Source: a virus
Virus record (IMG/VR): IMGVR_UViG_3300021963_000049
Coordinates: 1 to 64,000 of that record
Reading direction: 5' to 3' (one strand)
DNA: 64,000 bases
Part shown: positions 1-11,600 of the stretch, piece by piece
Layout of the letters: the number at the start of each line of letters is the position of its first letter
Numbering within the stretch: the stretch's first letter is position 1
Made by a program: the position numbers and the translations under genes
Notes under the pieces: generated by a model
Told to the model about the DNA's origin: nothing
Database searches by the model: none
What the model saw: the letters and a program-made list of their open reading frames with translations, nothing else

Positions 1-32
1 CTAAGCAATATATCATTGACTATACAGGTCAA

Positions 33-2318
33 ATGGTTTCTAATATGAAACCTACTGGAGATGTAGTAAGAGAAGTAGCTAAAGAAGTAAACTCTCAAGC
101 TGATCCTAGTGAACCATCTAATACTAAAGAGTCACAGATTCTAAAGAATAATCCAAAAGAATCATCTACTGCAGAGCAACTAAGAGTTTATAATGCTGAT
201 GAAAATCCATTTGATGTTATGCCAGGTACAAAAACTCCTGAGCCATTAATTCAATATGATCCAGTTACTCAAAATGCAGAAGTACCTGCTACAGAACCAG
301 TTGCAGCTAATAATGTTTACACTGGAGCAATGGGCTCTACAAATGAAGAGTTCTGTTATCCAAGTGGAGTATGTTATTCAAAAACAGAGCCACAACAGTA
401 TGATTCTGCATTATTTACTGAAATACCAAGAGTACTTTCAAAATATGCAAGTGATAATAATTTAGATTTTACTCAATTAAATGAACATGGATACCCAGTA
501 AAATTAGATTTATCTAAAGTAACTAAAGATGATGTAGTAAATGCTATTAAAAATGATGAAAGATGGTTAGACTTATCTGGTGTACCAATAGGTGAAATTA
601 CTAATCTTGATGATTATGCTGATCAATGGTTAAAGTATCAGCAAGCAAATCAGAAAGCTTATGGTAATACAGATTATGATAGTTTTTGGAATGATGATGC
701 ATACTCTGATTGGTTAAATGTTACAGGAACTCCAGGAGAAGATGGGCCAAATGATATCTGGACTACAGTGCCATTATTAAAAATGCAACAAAAACAATAT
801 GGTGGTGCTAGCTCAGAAATGGGTGGCTTTGTAAGTCAGAAAGATCCATTATATAAATTTATATATGGAGGTGATGATGTTATGATGCCATATGATGACC
901 AAGATCTACCAATGGCACAAAATGGTGGTGGCCCAGGATGGCAATATTATACAGATTGGTTATATAATCAACCAACTAAAATATATAATACAGGAGAAGA
1001 TCCATATGAACTTACAACAAGACCTTTACCTGAAGAACTAATTACTTTAAATGAAACTGGAGATGAAACTACAGATGAAGCTGTAGATAGCCCATCAGTA
1101 AGAAAAGCCCAATTAAATTATATACCTAGATATAGAACAACTTCAGGTGGTTTATTTAGAACATTAGCTCCTTGGAATCCAATTGCAGGATATGCTGGAT
1201 CTTGGGCAAAACAAATGACATTACCATATATGGTAGGTAGCAATACTCCATATGGCGGTAGCATGTCTGGCTTAACTCCTGTTGCAAGACAAGTAACTAA
1301 AACTGGGTTGTTAAGTGGAAGACCAAAGAAATGGGTTGACTATTATCAAACCCCAGGAGTATCAGGATCTACATTATATAAAAGCTCAACAGGTGATCTA
1401 CAGATGTATAATCCAAATAGTGTAAACTTAATGGAGTCTATTAACCAACAAAGAGGGGAAAGACAAGCTCCAGCAGATAAGTATGGTGTAGAAGAAGAAA
1501 CTTGGAAAGAGTTGTCTGCTCCAACTAAAGGAGCTATTAAAAGAGGATATAGAAAAGGTGAAAGAAATGATAGAAGAGCAGCAAGGGCTGAAGAAAAAGA
1601 AAAGTTTTTTCCAGGTGGATCTATACTAAATAGTAGTACAGATGATAATCCATTTAATACTCAGCCTGCATGCCCTCCGGGATACTTTAAAGATCCAGCA
1701 TCTGGAGTATGTAAAAACTTTGCGGGAGAAGTAGTGGCATCTAATCAAGCTTCATCAGCTGTAAAGACTTTCCAAAGTGGAGCTCAAGATCAAATGAATA
1801 CTAATGCATTCCAAGCAACTGGTACTAATCCTCTTACTGGTCAAGACTATGCTTATACTAAAGATGGAAAACTAACAAAAAATAATTTAGATCCGGTATC
1901 TAATTTAGATCAACAATCAGAACTTGTTGGTGTAGAGTATAAGAATAAGAACATGTATAACATTGATCCAGAAGCTGGATTAAATGTATTCAATGCTGGT
2001 GTCAGAGGTGTACTTGGTAAAGTTGATGAGATAAGAAATAAAAAACTTGAAAATCAACTGATGAAAGATACAACAGCAGTTGAAAACATATACTCATCAC
2101 AGACACCACAATTTAGAGGAGACTGGGTTGATTATGGTTCACAAGTTGGTCAGTTTAGACAACCTGAGATGGGACAGAATAGAAGTAGTTTCTCATCATA
2201 TGGACAAAGAGGTGGCTTTATGCAGACCGGTGGATTTACACAAGATGATGAAGTGTACATGACAGATGAAGAAATAGCAGACTTCATAGCAAATGGAGGT
2301 GAAATAGAATACTTATAA
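33..2318 (+). CDS. Putative internal virion (cargo) protein with repeated x-x-GG motifs; may begin upstream of the window
   Basis: 761-aa ORF, low-complexity and G/Q/T/P-rich; KQYGG, SEMGG, FIYGG, AQNGG, GQRGG, MQTGG, IANGG; first gene of the + strand structural block. Confidence 0.6.
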   Translation: MVSNMKPTGDVVREVAKEVNSQADPSEPSNTKESQILKNNPKESSTAEQLRVYNADENPFDVMPGTKTPEPLIQYDPVTQNAEVPATEPVAANNVYTGAMGSTNEEFCYPSGVCYSKTEPQQYDSALFTEIPRVLSKYASDNNLDFTQLNEHGYPVKLDLSKVTKDDVVNAIKNDERWLDLSGVPIGEITNLDDYADQWLKYQQANQKAYGNTDYDSFWNDDAYSDWLNVTGTPGEDGPNDIWTTVPLLKMQQKQYGGASSEMGGFVSQKDPLYKFIYGGDDVMMPYDDQDLPMAQNGGGPGWQYYTDWLYNQPTKIYNTGEDPYELTTRPLPEELITLNETGDETTDEAVDSPSVRKAQLNYIPRYRTTSGGLFRTLAPWNPIAGYAGSWAKQMTLPYMVGSNTPYGGSMSGLTPVARQVTKTGLLSGRPKKWVDYYQTPGVSGSTLYKSSTGDLQMYNPNSVNLMESINQQRGERQAPADKYGVEEETWKELSAPTKGAIKRGYRKGERNDRRAARAEEKEKFFPGGSILNSSTDDNPFNTQPACPPGYFKDPASGVCKNFAGEVVASNQASSAVKTFQSGAQDQMNTNAFQATGTNPLTGQDYAYTKDGKLTKNNLDPVSNLDQQSELVGVEYKNKNMYNIDPEAGLNVFNAGVRGVLGKVDEIRNKKLENQLMKDTTAVENIYSSQTPQFRGDWVDYGSQVGQFRQPEMGQNRSSFSSYGQRGGFMQTGGFTQDDEVYMTDEEIADFIANGGEIEYL

Positions 2319-2326
2319 CTTACAAT

Positions 2327-5300
2327 ATGTATAGAAAAGTTAGAATAAAAAAGGCACCACAAGCCAGAACAGGATACCAAGTTCAGGGAGCATTAGTAAA
2401 TGATGTTCCAGCAATGGGTGGTAAAGACTATAATGCCTATATTGGAAAACCACAATTAGCATTAAGTAAATATATTACTGGTGTTCCTAGAGAAGAAGCA
2501 AATCTTGAGGCAGAAGGAGGTGAAACTGTTTATGGAGATATCAATGGAGATGGAATGGCTGAGCATAAGATTATCAAAGGCCCAAGACACTCTAGTGGAG
2601 GTGTTCCATTAAACTTACCAGATGATACTTTTATCTTCAGTGATACAAGATCTATGAGAGTTAAGAAGCCAGAGATCTTAAAGATGTTTGGTAAAGGAGC
2701 TGGTTCATATACACCAGCACAATTAGCTAAGCAATATGATGTAGAGAAGTATAGAAAAATTCTACAGGATCCAAACTCTGATGTATTAGATAGAAAAACT
2801 GCAGAGTTAATGATCAAGAATTATACTATGAAACTTGGTGCATTAGCCTTAGCACAAGAAGCTTCAAAAGGATTCCCTCAAGGAGTTCCAGTTGTTGCTC
2901 AACCTTATATGGAAGCTCATGGGTTAACAATTGAAGATTTTATTCCAAGAGAAGTTTCTAATACTGTAGATAGTTTGAAAGCTAAAAGCACTTCTCAAGA
3001 AGCAAATGCAGTTGAGACAGAGCAATCAGAAGATCAAATGCAACAAGCTCAAGAGTTAAACCAGGGTCAACCAGTTGCAGCACCAATGTCAGAGCAAGAT
3101 GCAATGATGCAACAGCAAGGAATCCCACAAGAAGGTATGATGAGATTTGGTGGACCAATGGCAGCATATGGTATGACAATGGGAGGTTATGATATGCCTT
3201 TTGCTGAATATGGTATGCCAATGGGATCTGGTATGTCTCAAAACTATCAAGGAAGAGGCAGAAGAATGCAAGGAAGCGGACCTATGTTTGCAAGAGGCGG
3301 TTACTTGCCAAAAGCTCAAGATGGTTTTGAAGTTGATGTAACTGGTATGGATGAAGCTGCAAAAAATAGAGCTTTATTTGATGCTAGAAAAAACAATCCA
3401 GGTAAACAGATTATTGTAGTAGATAATGGTAAAAAGTCAACTTTAAAATATGAACGTGCAGCTCCTACAGAAACTGGTAAACTTGATATGAATCAATGGG
3501 GTAATACTTCACAAGCTAAAGCTGCTGCAGCACAATATGCTTTATTAGAAGAGCAATTAAATGATGAAGAAGTTCTTAATAAATTATATGAAGAAACTAC
3601 AAATGCATTAAAGGATAAGAAATCTTATTTAAGTAAAAAAGGTTACCAAGGTCAAACTTGGGAAGAAAGGGGTTATGCTTTACCAACTAAAGAAGAAATA
3701 AAACAACAATATCTTAATCACCAGAAAAGAAACTTGATGTTCCAAGCAAAAGCAATTGATCCTAGATTATTTAATGATAGTGGTCAAGGTCTTGCTCCTG
3801 CTGAAGATATTTTAAAACTTGGTGCTTTAAATCCACAAACAGGTGAGCCTATTAAAACACTTGATGAAGCTAAGCAAGTAAAAGAATACATGCGTAATAC
3901 TTATGGTGGTAAATTAAAAGATGGAAGTGGAAAAGTAGTTGACCTTTCAGTAAATGAAGTAGCAACTAAAATTGGAGTTCCTCTTGATCCATCTGGTAAA
4001 GATAGAGCTCTTCAACAAGCTACCTTCCATGGGTATTCTAAAATGATCCAAAACTTATCATCATATGATGCAGATACACAATTTGAGTTAAGAAACTTTG
4101 TACCTGAGAATGTTCAAGCTGGGGTAGGTGATGAAGTCAGTATGGGTGGATTGTTTAATAATAAAGGTGTTCAGGTATCTCCTATTGATGACTTTAGAGC
4201 TCCTGAACAATCATACTATGGTAATACTACATTAGGTCACTTAGGATTAGCAGGTGTAGATAAATATAGTTATGAGCCAATTGATGCTGCTAAGTGTCAA
4301 TGTGATGATCCTAATGCTGCAGGTTATCAAGCTAAAGATGCAGAGGGTAATTGTCCGTGTGATCAAAAAGCAGTAGTACAAGATAAGTGTCCTTGTGAAC
4401 AATCTGATGGTGCTACAATAGATACTGGAGTAAATCCAAATACTGGTGAATGTAATCCTTGTCAAGAAGATGTACCATATGATGTAGAGCAACCAGCTCC
4501 TTGGTGGTTACAAGATACCATTAAAACTGCCGGTGCTTTTGGAGATTTAATGAGCATTAAGAAATATATGCCGTGGGCTCCAGGAGTAGACTTAGAAACC
4601 CCAAGACCTACATTCTTAGATCCTACAAGAGAACTAGCTGCAAATGCTGAGCAATCAAATATTGCTACTCAAGCATTAGCACAATTTGCAGGACCACAAG
4701 CTTTATCTGCAAGAGCATCTTCTGTTCAAGGAACGGCTGCTAAAAATGCTGCGGATATCCTATCAAGATATAACAATGCTAATGTTAACCTGGCTAATCA
4801 ATTTGAAACAAATATAGTTAATACAAGAAACCAAGAGTCTATGTTAAGACAGGCTGCTGCTTCTAAACTATATGATCAAAATACAATAGCAAATCAACAG
4901 TATGATAACTCTAAAATGGCAATGAAGAACCAACTTAGAAATTACTATACTAATGCTATTACTAATAGATGGCAAACAGATGCTCTTAACCAAATGTATC
5001 CTAACTATGCGGTTGATCCATCAGTTGGTGGTCAAATGGCATTTACAGGTGCAGATCAAGCTTATAAACCAGAAGCTTCATCAGGTGCTGGTTATTTCTC
5101 TATAAGAGAGCAGTGTAAGCAAGAGCTTGGTGCCGGAGCTACCAATGATGAGTTAGAAGCATGTGCTAAAAATGCAGCAGCTTCAGCAGGAGCATTAGCA
5201 TCAGGCACAGGCTCAGAATATCAGGAAAGAGTAAATGCAGTAAGCAACATGTATCCACAAACACCTCAAGGACAAAAAGGAGGTTCAGTACCAGGGTTTG

Positions 5301-5335
5301 TGTATGCAGATATTATTACTCCATTCCTCTTATAA
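2327..5335 (+). CDS. Putative internal virion (cargo) protein
   Basis: 1002 aa; N-terminal NLEAEGGE...GPRHSSGG...FIFSD block I recognise from crAss-like structural regions; GG motifs; CxC repeat; Q/N/A-rich helical C-terminus. Confidence 0.65.
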   Translation: MYRKVRIKKAPQARTGYQVQGALVNDVPAMGGKDYNAYIGKPQLALSKYITGVPREEANLEAEGGETVYGDINGDGMAEHKIIKGPRHSSGGVPLNLPDDTFIFSDTRSMRVKKPEILKMFGKGAGSYTPAQLAKQYDVEKYRKILQDPNSDVLDRKTAELMIKNYTMKLGALALAQEASKGFPQGVPVVAQPYMEAHGLTIEDFIPREVSNTVDSLKAKSTSQEANAVETEQSEDQMQQAQELNQGQPVAAPMSEQDAMMQQQGIPQEGMMRFGGPMAAYGMTMGGYDMPFAEYGMPMGSGMSQNYQGRGRRMQGSGPMFARGGYLPKAQDGFEVDVTGMDEAAKNRALFDARKNNPGKQIIVVDNGKKSTLKYERAAPTETGKLDMNQWGNTSQAKAAAAQYALLEEQLNDEEVLNKLYEETTNALKDKKSYLSKKGYQGQTWEERGYALPTKEEIKQQYLNHQKRNLMFQAKAIDPRLFNDSGQGLAPAEDILKLGALNPQTGEPIKTLDEAKQVKEYMRNTYGGKLKDGSGKVVDLSVNEVATKIGVPLDPSGKDRALQQATFHGYSKMIQNLSSYDADTQFELRNFVPENVQAGVGDEVSMGGLFNNKGVQVSPIDDFRAPEQSYYGNTTLGHLGLAGVDKYSYEPIDAAKCQCDDPNAAGYQAKDAEGNCPCDQKAVVQDKCPCEQSDGATIDTGVNPNTGECNPCQEDVPYDVEQPAPWWLQDTIKTAGAFGDLMSIKKYMPWAPGVDLETPRPTFLDPTRELAANAEQSNIATQALAQFAGPQALSARASSVQGTAAKNAADILSRYNNANVNLANQFETNIVNTRNQESMLRQAAASKLYDQNTIANQQYDNSKMAMKNQLRNYYTNAITNRWQTDALNQMYPNYAVDPSVGGQMAFTGADQAYKPEASSGAGYFSIREQCKQELGAGATNDELEACAKNAAASAGALASGTGSEYQERVNAVSNMYPQTPQGQKGGSVPGFVYADIITPFLL

Positions 5336-5398
5336 ACTTTGTAGGTTTAATAAACTTATAAAATTTTAATAGTTTTACAATATAGATAAAAACATATT

Positions 5399-8300
5399 AT
5401 GGCAACGTATTTACAAGGTGTCACAGACTACATACCAGATTATCAGCCTTTCCAGCCCAATCTAAATTTCTATGCAAATTTATTACAGGCTAAGCAGACT
5501 CAGTATGATACAAATTATAAGGCAATAAATAATCTTTATGCTCAATTGTACAATGCTGATCTTACAAGAACTGATAATATAGAAAAGAAAGATAATCTTT
5601 TAAAGCAAATAGACTTTAACTTAAAAAGAGTTAGTGGTCTAGATTTATCTTTACAACAGAATGTAGATCAAGCAACTCAAGTATTTAGACCATTCTATGA
5701 AGATAAGTATCTTATGAAAGATATGGCCTGGACTAAGAATTTTAATAATACTTATAACAGTGCCATAGGATTAAAGAACTCATCTGATGAAAAGCAAAGT
5801 AAAAAATATTGGGATACTGGTGTAAAAGAACTTCAGTATAGAAGAGAAGAGTTTAAAGATGCTGCAGCTGATGAGGCATTGAATATGGCAAGTCCAACAT
5901 ATACTCCATATGATAATGCATTAGAGAAATATTTAAAGGTTGCAAAGGATCTAGGTATCAGTGCAGATATAACAAAACCAGATTCCTCTGGTTTATATTT
6001 TGTAAGACAAAAGAATGGAAATCTTATAATGCCGGCTTTACAAAAGTTATTTATAAGCACATATGCAACAGATCCAAATCTTCAGAAAATATATCAAACC
6101 CAAGCTTATGTAGATAGAAAAGATTATATCTATCAAAATGCTGATCAAAAGTTTAATGGAGATAAGCTTGCTGCAGAAAAAGAATACTTACAAGAAAAGT
6201 ATAACTGGTTAAGTAACTATTCAGCAGAGCAATACAAGAAAAATTCTGAAGATACTAAAGCTACTGAAAGCAAAATAACTGCGGTTCAAAATGCAGTTAC
6301 TGAAGGTAATGTAAACTTTAAGCAAAAGTCTTACTTTGAAATGTTAGATCAAGCATTTAAAGTTAATTCTGTTGCAGAAGAAGAAAGTAAAAAGTTAAAT
6401 GATAAAATTAATGGTACTTCATCTTCTACAGTTTCAACTACTAATGGTCTAACACCAACACTAGATCTTAATAATATTGAACTTGCTAGATTAAAAGTAG
6501 ATGCTGGAGTAGCTAATTTTGCAGCTCAACAAGATGTTTTAGCAGCTGCTGATATCTATGCATATAAAGATTTTGTTCAGGATATTAAAGTAAACCCGGT
6601 AGGTCTTGAAGGTTTACAGCACTCAAATGCTGTAGCAAGACTTAATCTGACTCATTCACAAAAAATGCAGCAGATTGCTTATCAAGGTAAACTTAAAGAA
6701 CAAGCTGATGCAAAGAAAGCACTTGTAGAAAGTGGTCAGTATTATTATGATAGTTATGTAGATCCAGCAACTAATGAAGTTGTAATAGGCCCACTTAAAT
6801 TAAATGAGCAGTGGAATGTTCAAAATCAAACTCCAGGTAGCTCAGGACAAGCTGGTCCAGAAATTAAAATTGATCAGAATAATAGAGAAGCAACAAGACA
6901 GGCTGAAAATAAACTTACTGGAAATTATATAGATGACTGGTTTATTAAAATGGCTAATCTTGTTGAGCAAGGGGGAATTACAGAAGAGGAGGCTTGGGCT
7001 ATAATGAATGGTGGTACTAAAAATGGTACAAGAACTTTATCAGGAAATCAGATAGTACAAAGAACACCTATATCAAAACAAACAGCTGAAGAACTTCAAG
7101 CAAGTAAAAACTATAAAGGTAAGGTTGAAAAAGTAGGGGATAAATATTTTTCAGTGAGAGTTGATGAAAAATCAGCAAACTCAATTGAACAATTTAAAAA
7201 ATACTATCAAACTTGGTTATCAGATAAAGATGCTGGTAGAAAAGTTATTCAAGCTAAACTTACAGGTGTAATGGATGGTATGGATGAGTGGATGAAAAAG
7301 AATTCAGGACATCCAATGGCAGAAGGGTATTATAACCAAAACTATTCTAGTGCTAAACAGTGGGTTGGATTATGTGACTCTTATGAACAAGTAGAAATAG
7401 AAAATAAAAATAAAATTAAAGAAGCCTTAACTAAGGCAGCTGGAGGCACTAAAAAAGCAAAAGAAGTAGCTGATTTATATGTAAGAGTTTTAGAAAGTAT
7501 AGATTATGATCCTACTGGCGGCAATGCAAAATATTTATCTAATGTTGAAGAATTTGAAGAATTATTAAAACAAAACTATACAGCCAAAGAATTATTTGGA
7601 GATAAAGACTATGGTACTGAATATCTTGAAAAACATGCTACAACAACAGCAAAATCAAGATATCAACCAAAAGAAAAAATTAAAATATATCCAAGGGTTC
7701 CTGGATCAGCTGCATATACAGGATTACTTGAATCATTAAATAATAGTTATATGAATGTAACTACTAGTCTTGATCCAAATATAGGTTTAAAATCTGTAGT
7801 TCCTGTAACAGCAAGTGCAGGAGGTAAAGCAGCTTTATTTGCAGATAAATCATTCTATAATGTTAATCCAGCTATACCAGCTTCAATGGGATCTAAGGCT
7901 TTTATTGGAACCTATAATGACATAATGAGGATCAACTGGAATCAAGATTTTTCCCAGTATAAAGTATCTGATGAAGGTAGCACCATTACTGCAAGAAATT
8001 TAGATTCTGATTTTGCTAAATCACTCTTAAGTGAATTATATAATGGATTTAAGCCAGGTAGCAAAGTTGCTCCATTTAGAGTTGAGCAATCTCAAGTTGC
8101 TATGGAAAATAGAAAGCTTGGGGCAATGACTATTTATCCTACTATGGAGTTCTTAAAAGATAAAGTTAAATCTGTATATGATCCAGAAACTGAATCTTAC
8201 ACTTCAGAAACAGATGTTGTAAATAAAGCAATTCAAAAGATATATGAAAATGGTTTAACATTTACTGCACCAAGAACAGAATGGACTAATGATTTATTCT

Positions 8301-8674
8301 TAGGGAATGTGCCAACTCCAACAGAACAAATAATAAATGCTAAGGGTAAAATAGAATACAATGATGTAAATAACTCAGGCGGGTTTGTTATGGAAAAAGT
8401 AAATTTACCAAATGTTGATTATAGAATAGCATATAAACTAAGAAGCTTACAAAGTGATGGTTCTGTGATTGATATTCCTATGGATCCACAAAATTTAAAA
8501 AGAGGTAATAATGTAGACCAAGTTTATCAACTTGCTTTTGGAGCTGTTGAAAATATGTACAATGCTAACTTAGAAATGTACAGAAGCTTTCATAAGTCAA
8601 ATAATTTTGAGGCAATGAAAAAAGCTGAAGAGAATTTAGGTTTTACTCCAAGACAAGCAGGATTTAATTTTTAA
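5399..8674 (+). CDS. Putative virion/ejection protein
   Basis: 1091 aa; helical N-terminus (YQPFQPNLNFY...KQTQYD); immediately precedes the giant protein cluster. Confidence 0.6.
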   Translation: MATYLQGVTDYIPDYQPFQPNLNFYANLLQAKQTQYDTNYKAINNLYAQLYNADLTRTDNIEKKDNLLKQIDFNLKRVSGLDLSLQQNVDQATQVFRPFYEDKYLMKDMAWTKNFNNTYNSAIGLKNSSDEKQSKKYWDTGVKELQYRREEFKDAAADEALNMASPTYTPYDNALEKYLKVAKDLGISADITKPDSSGLYFVRQKNGNLIMPALQKLFISTYATDPNLQKIYQTQAYVDRKDYIYQNADQKFNGDKLAAEKEYLQEKYNWLSNYSAEQYKKNSEDTKATESKITAVQNAVTEGNVNFKQKSYFEMLDQAFKVNSVAEEESKKLNDKINGTSSSTVSTTNGLTPTLDLNNIELARLKVDAGVANFAAQQDVLAAADIYAYKDFVQDIKVNPVGLEGLQHSNAVARLNLTHSQKMQQIAYQGKLKEQADAKKALVESGQYYYDSYVDPATNEVVIGPLKLNEQWNVQNQTPGSSGQAGPEIKIDQNNREATRQAENKLTGNYIDDWFIKMANLVEQGGITEEEAWAIMNGGTKNGTRTLSGNQIVQRTPISKQTAEELQASKNYKGKVEKVGDKYFSVRVDEKSANSIEQFKKYYQTWLSDKDAGRKVIQAKLTGVMDGMDEWMKKNSGHPMAEGYYNQNYSSAKQWVGLCDSYEQVEIENKNKIKEALTKAAGGTKKAKEVADLYVRVLESIDYDPTGGNAKYLSNVEEFEELLKQNYTAKELFGDKDYGTEYLEKHATTTAKSRYQPKEKIKIYPRVPGSAAYTGLLESLNNSYMNVTTSLDPNIGLKSVVPVTASAGGKAALFADKSFYNVNPAIPASMGSKAFIGTYNDIMRINWNQDFSQYKVSDEGSTITARNLDSDFAKSLLSELYNGFKPGSKVAPFRVEQSQVAMENRKLGAMTIYPTMEFLKDKVKSVYDPETESYTSETDVVNKAIQKIYENGLTFTAPRTEWTNDLFLGNVPTPTEQIINAKGKIEYNDVNNSGGFVMEKVNLPNVDYRIAYKLRSLQSDGSVIDIPMDPQNLKRGNNVDQVYQLAFGAVENMYNANLEMYRSFHKSNNFEAMKKAEENLGFTPRQAGFNF

Positions 8675-8685
8675 TTAGAATAATA

Positions 8686-11600
8686 ATGGCAGAAGAAAAT
8701 ACAACAGATCCGGTAGGACAAATGTCAAATTTTAATTCTTTCATTGATCCTGCAAAGATTGAGATGGAAGCTTATAAACCTATTGGTACACCAGCTTTAT
8801 TTGATGCTCATTCATTACCTGGAGGTAACAATATTTCTAATCCTACATATGCAATTAAAGATGGGACATCTGGTTCTGCTCCTAACTTTCCTGTAAATTC
8901 TGCTTCACAAGTAGCAAAACAAGGTCAAGATAAAGGTATGCTTATAGCTCAAAAGCTTAAAGCAGATCTTAATTTATTAGAGGATAAAAATAATTATTCT
9001 AAAATATATGCTTATGATGCTGGTAAAAATGGTGCATTTAAGGCAAGATATAAAGCATATGGTCAAGAAACATTTGATAAAGTAGGTTTTCATCCATTAA
9101 TAGATAATGAAACTTGGTTTAATGCAAATACAACAGGGTGGGATGACTTTAAAAGAATGATGACTCATTCTGCTTTACCATTACTTACTCAAGGATTTAT
9201 GGATCCTATAAAAAGTTATGCAAGTTTCTTTGGTAATGGTGGAGATATAACAGGTGATTCACTTGGTGCTGCTAGTTATGATGAGTTATCTGCAATAGGT
9301 TATTCTACAAAAGGTGGTTTTGCCGGATTTACTACTAATCTTGTACAATCAGCAGCATACAGTGTTGGTATTTTAGCTGAAGGTGCTGTTGAAGGTGCAT
9401 TGGTTGGAGCAGCTGTAGGTGCAGCAGAAGGTGGTGTTACTGCAATTCCAGGTGCTGCAATTGGAGGTGCCGCTGGGTTTTTAAAAAGCTTATGGAGACT
9501 TCCAAGCGCATTAGCTAAAATGACATTTTCATTTGGTAAGATGGCTGTTAATCTTAATAGAGCAGCAAAATTAGCAGAAGCAAAAAATTTATTTGTCAAT
9601 GCAAGTAAATCTATGGGTAACTTTTTTAATCCATTAGAGAATACTAAGAATGCAGCAATGAACTATGTGTTCAAAAATCCAGATGACCTAACTGCATTAG
9701 CAAGAACTGCAAAAACTGCAGGAGCATTATGGCATGATGCTAAAAACTTAAACATGGCTCTTTCTGAAGGGAGACTTGAGGGAGGTATGGCTGAGAATAG
9801 AGTATATGAGAAATTATATAATGACCACTATAATGTGTATGGTGAGCCACCTGATGATGCAAAGCAACAAGAGTTTCATGATATAGCAAAACAAGCTAAT
9901 CTAACAAATACAATATCAAATAGTTTGCTTGTATTCTATAGTAATAAAATTGCATTTCCATCAATTACACAAGCCAAGTTCTTAAAAGGACTGCCTAAGA
10001 CAGGATTTGGTACTGTAATAGGTAATGTAGGTAAAGAGTATCAGTTAGTATATACTCCAGCTAAAGATGTTGCAGAAGCTGTGTATTCAGCAGAAAGAGT
10101 AAGTTTGGGTAATGCTGTTAAAGCATTTGTTAAACCGAAGATATATGGTAGAGTAGCATTAAATTACTTTAAGAAAAATCTTGTTGAAGGTTTCCAAGAA
10201 GTATCACAAGATGCATTAGCAACTGCAACAGAAGAGTATTATACTAATACATATTATGATCCAGCTGCAAAAAATTTCCAGTATGCAATGGGAACTCTTA
10301 GAGGAGGTTTTGCTAAACAGATGAGTGCGCAAGGTTTTGAAACTTTTTTATCTGGTTTTGCAATGGGTAGTATCCTACAAACACCTTCTACAATTGCTAA
10401 ATATATGAGCATAGGTTATAATAAATACTATAAGTATAGAGATAACTATGATGAATATCTTAAAAATGTAGGAGATAGTGCCAATGAAGCTGTAGATGCT
10501 TTAAACACTATGCATAAAAACGGTAAATATTTTTTTGATCCAAGATTAGGCAACTATGTAAATCAAGTCCTAATAGGTAAAAAAATAGATGATGAGGATA
10601 CTAGAACTAAGAATGAAATAAAGGATGATGAGTTTACTGCATTTACTTCAGCTGTAACAACAGCACTTAGAACAGGAACTTTTGATTTGTTCTTAAATAA
10701 TTTTGCAGGATACAAACAAGCAAGTCCAAAAGATATTGAAGAAGCTTGGAATCTAGAAGAGGGTCAAGGAGAAAAAGCTTTACAAAGTATAGATAAAGCT
10801 ATTAATGGAGCTAAGATTATAGCAAATAGATATAATGAGGCTAAGAAAAAGATGAAGTATCTTAGAAATCTTAGTGACTTAGAGCCAGGCACAGAAGAAT
10901 ATAAAATGGGCCAGTTATATAATGAAGCGTATGAAGCTGGATTAACTAACCTAGTTTATATGCAAAGCGCATTTGATGATAACTTGGGTAGATTAAATAA
11001 TTTATATCAAGACTTAGGTAATCTTAAATCTTTACAGGAAGTAGGATTTACTAATGTAGCTAATCTTGTAGAACCAGGTAAATTAAATAGAGAGATTCAA
11101 ATGCTTCAGACAGAAATTGAAGCAGCAGAAACTTATACAGATCCAACTGCAGTAGAACAAGTTGCAAGAAAGAAAAGTCTTTTAACTGCAATGACCAACT
11201 TTCAAAAAACTCAAGATGGTTTAGTAAATGCTTTTGTAAATAATGAAATAATAAAGCAAAGAAAAGCAGAACTTCTTGCAGAAGATTCATCTCTTACTCC
11301 AGACTCAGCAGAAATGAAAGTTATTGATGAGTTAATCCAAGAGTATGAGGATAATCAAACTAATCCATTCTTAGAGTATAAAGATGCTTTTGCTGAATTA
11401 TTAAGAGCCTATGTAGGTACTCCTGAAAAACAAATTCAGTTAGAGGATGAGATAATGAAAAAGGGTGGCTATGATAGCATGTTTGATGCACTAGTAGATA
11501 CACACATTATTAGAAAAGGAAATGCAGGTTTAATACAGTATATTAACTTACTTAATGATCCAAAAGGTTTCTATGAGCACATAGAAAGAAACTTTGAGTG

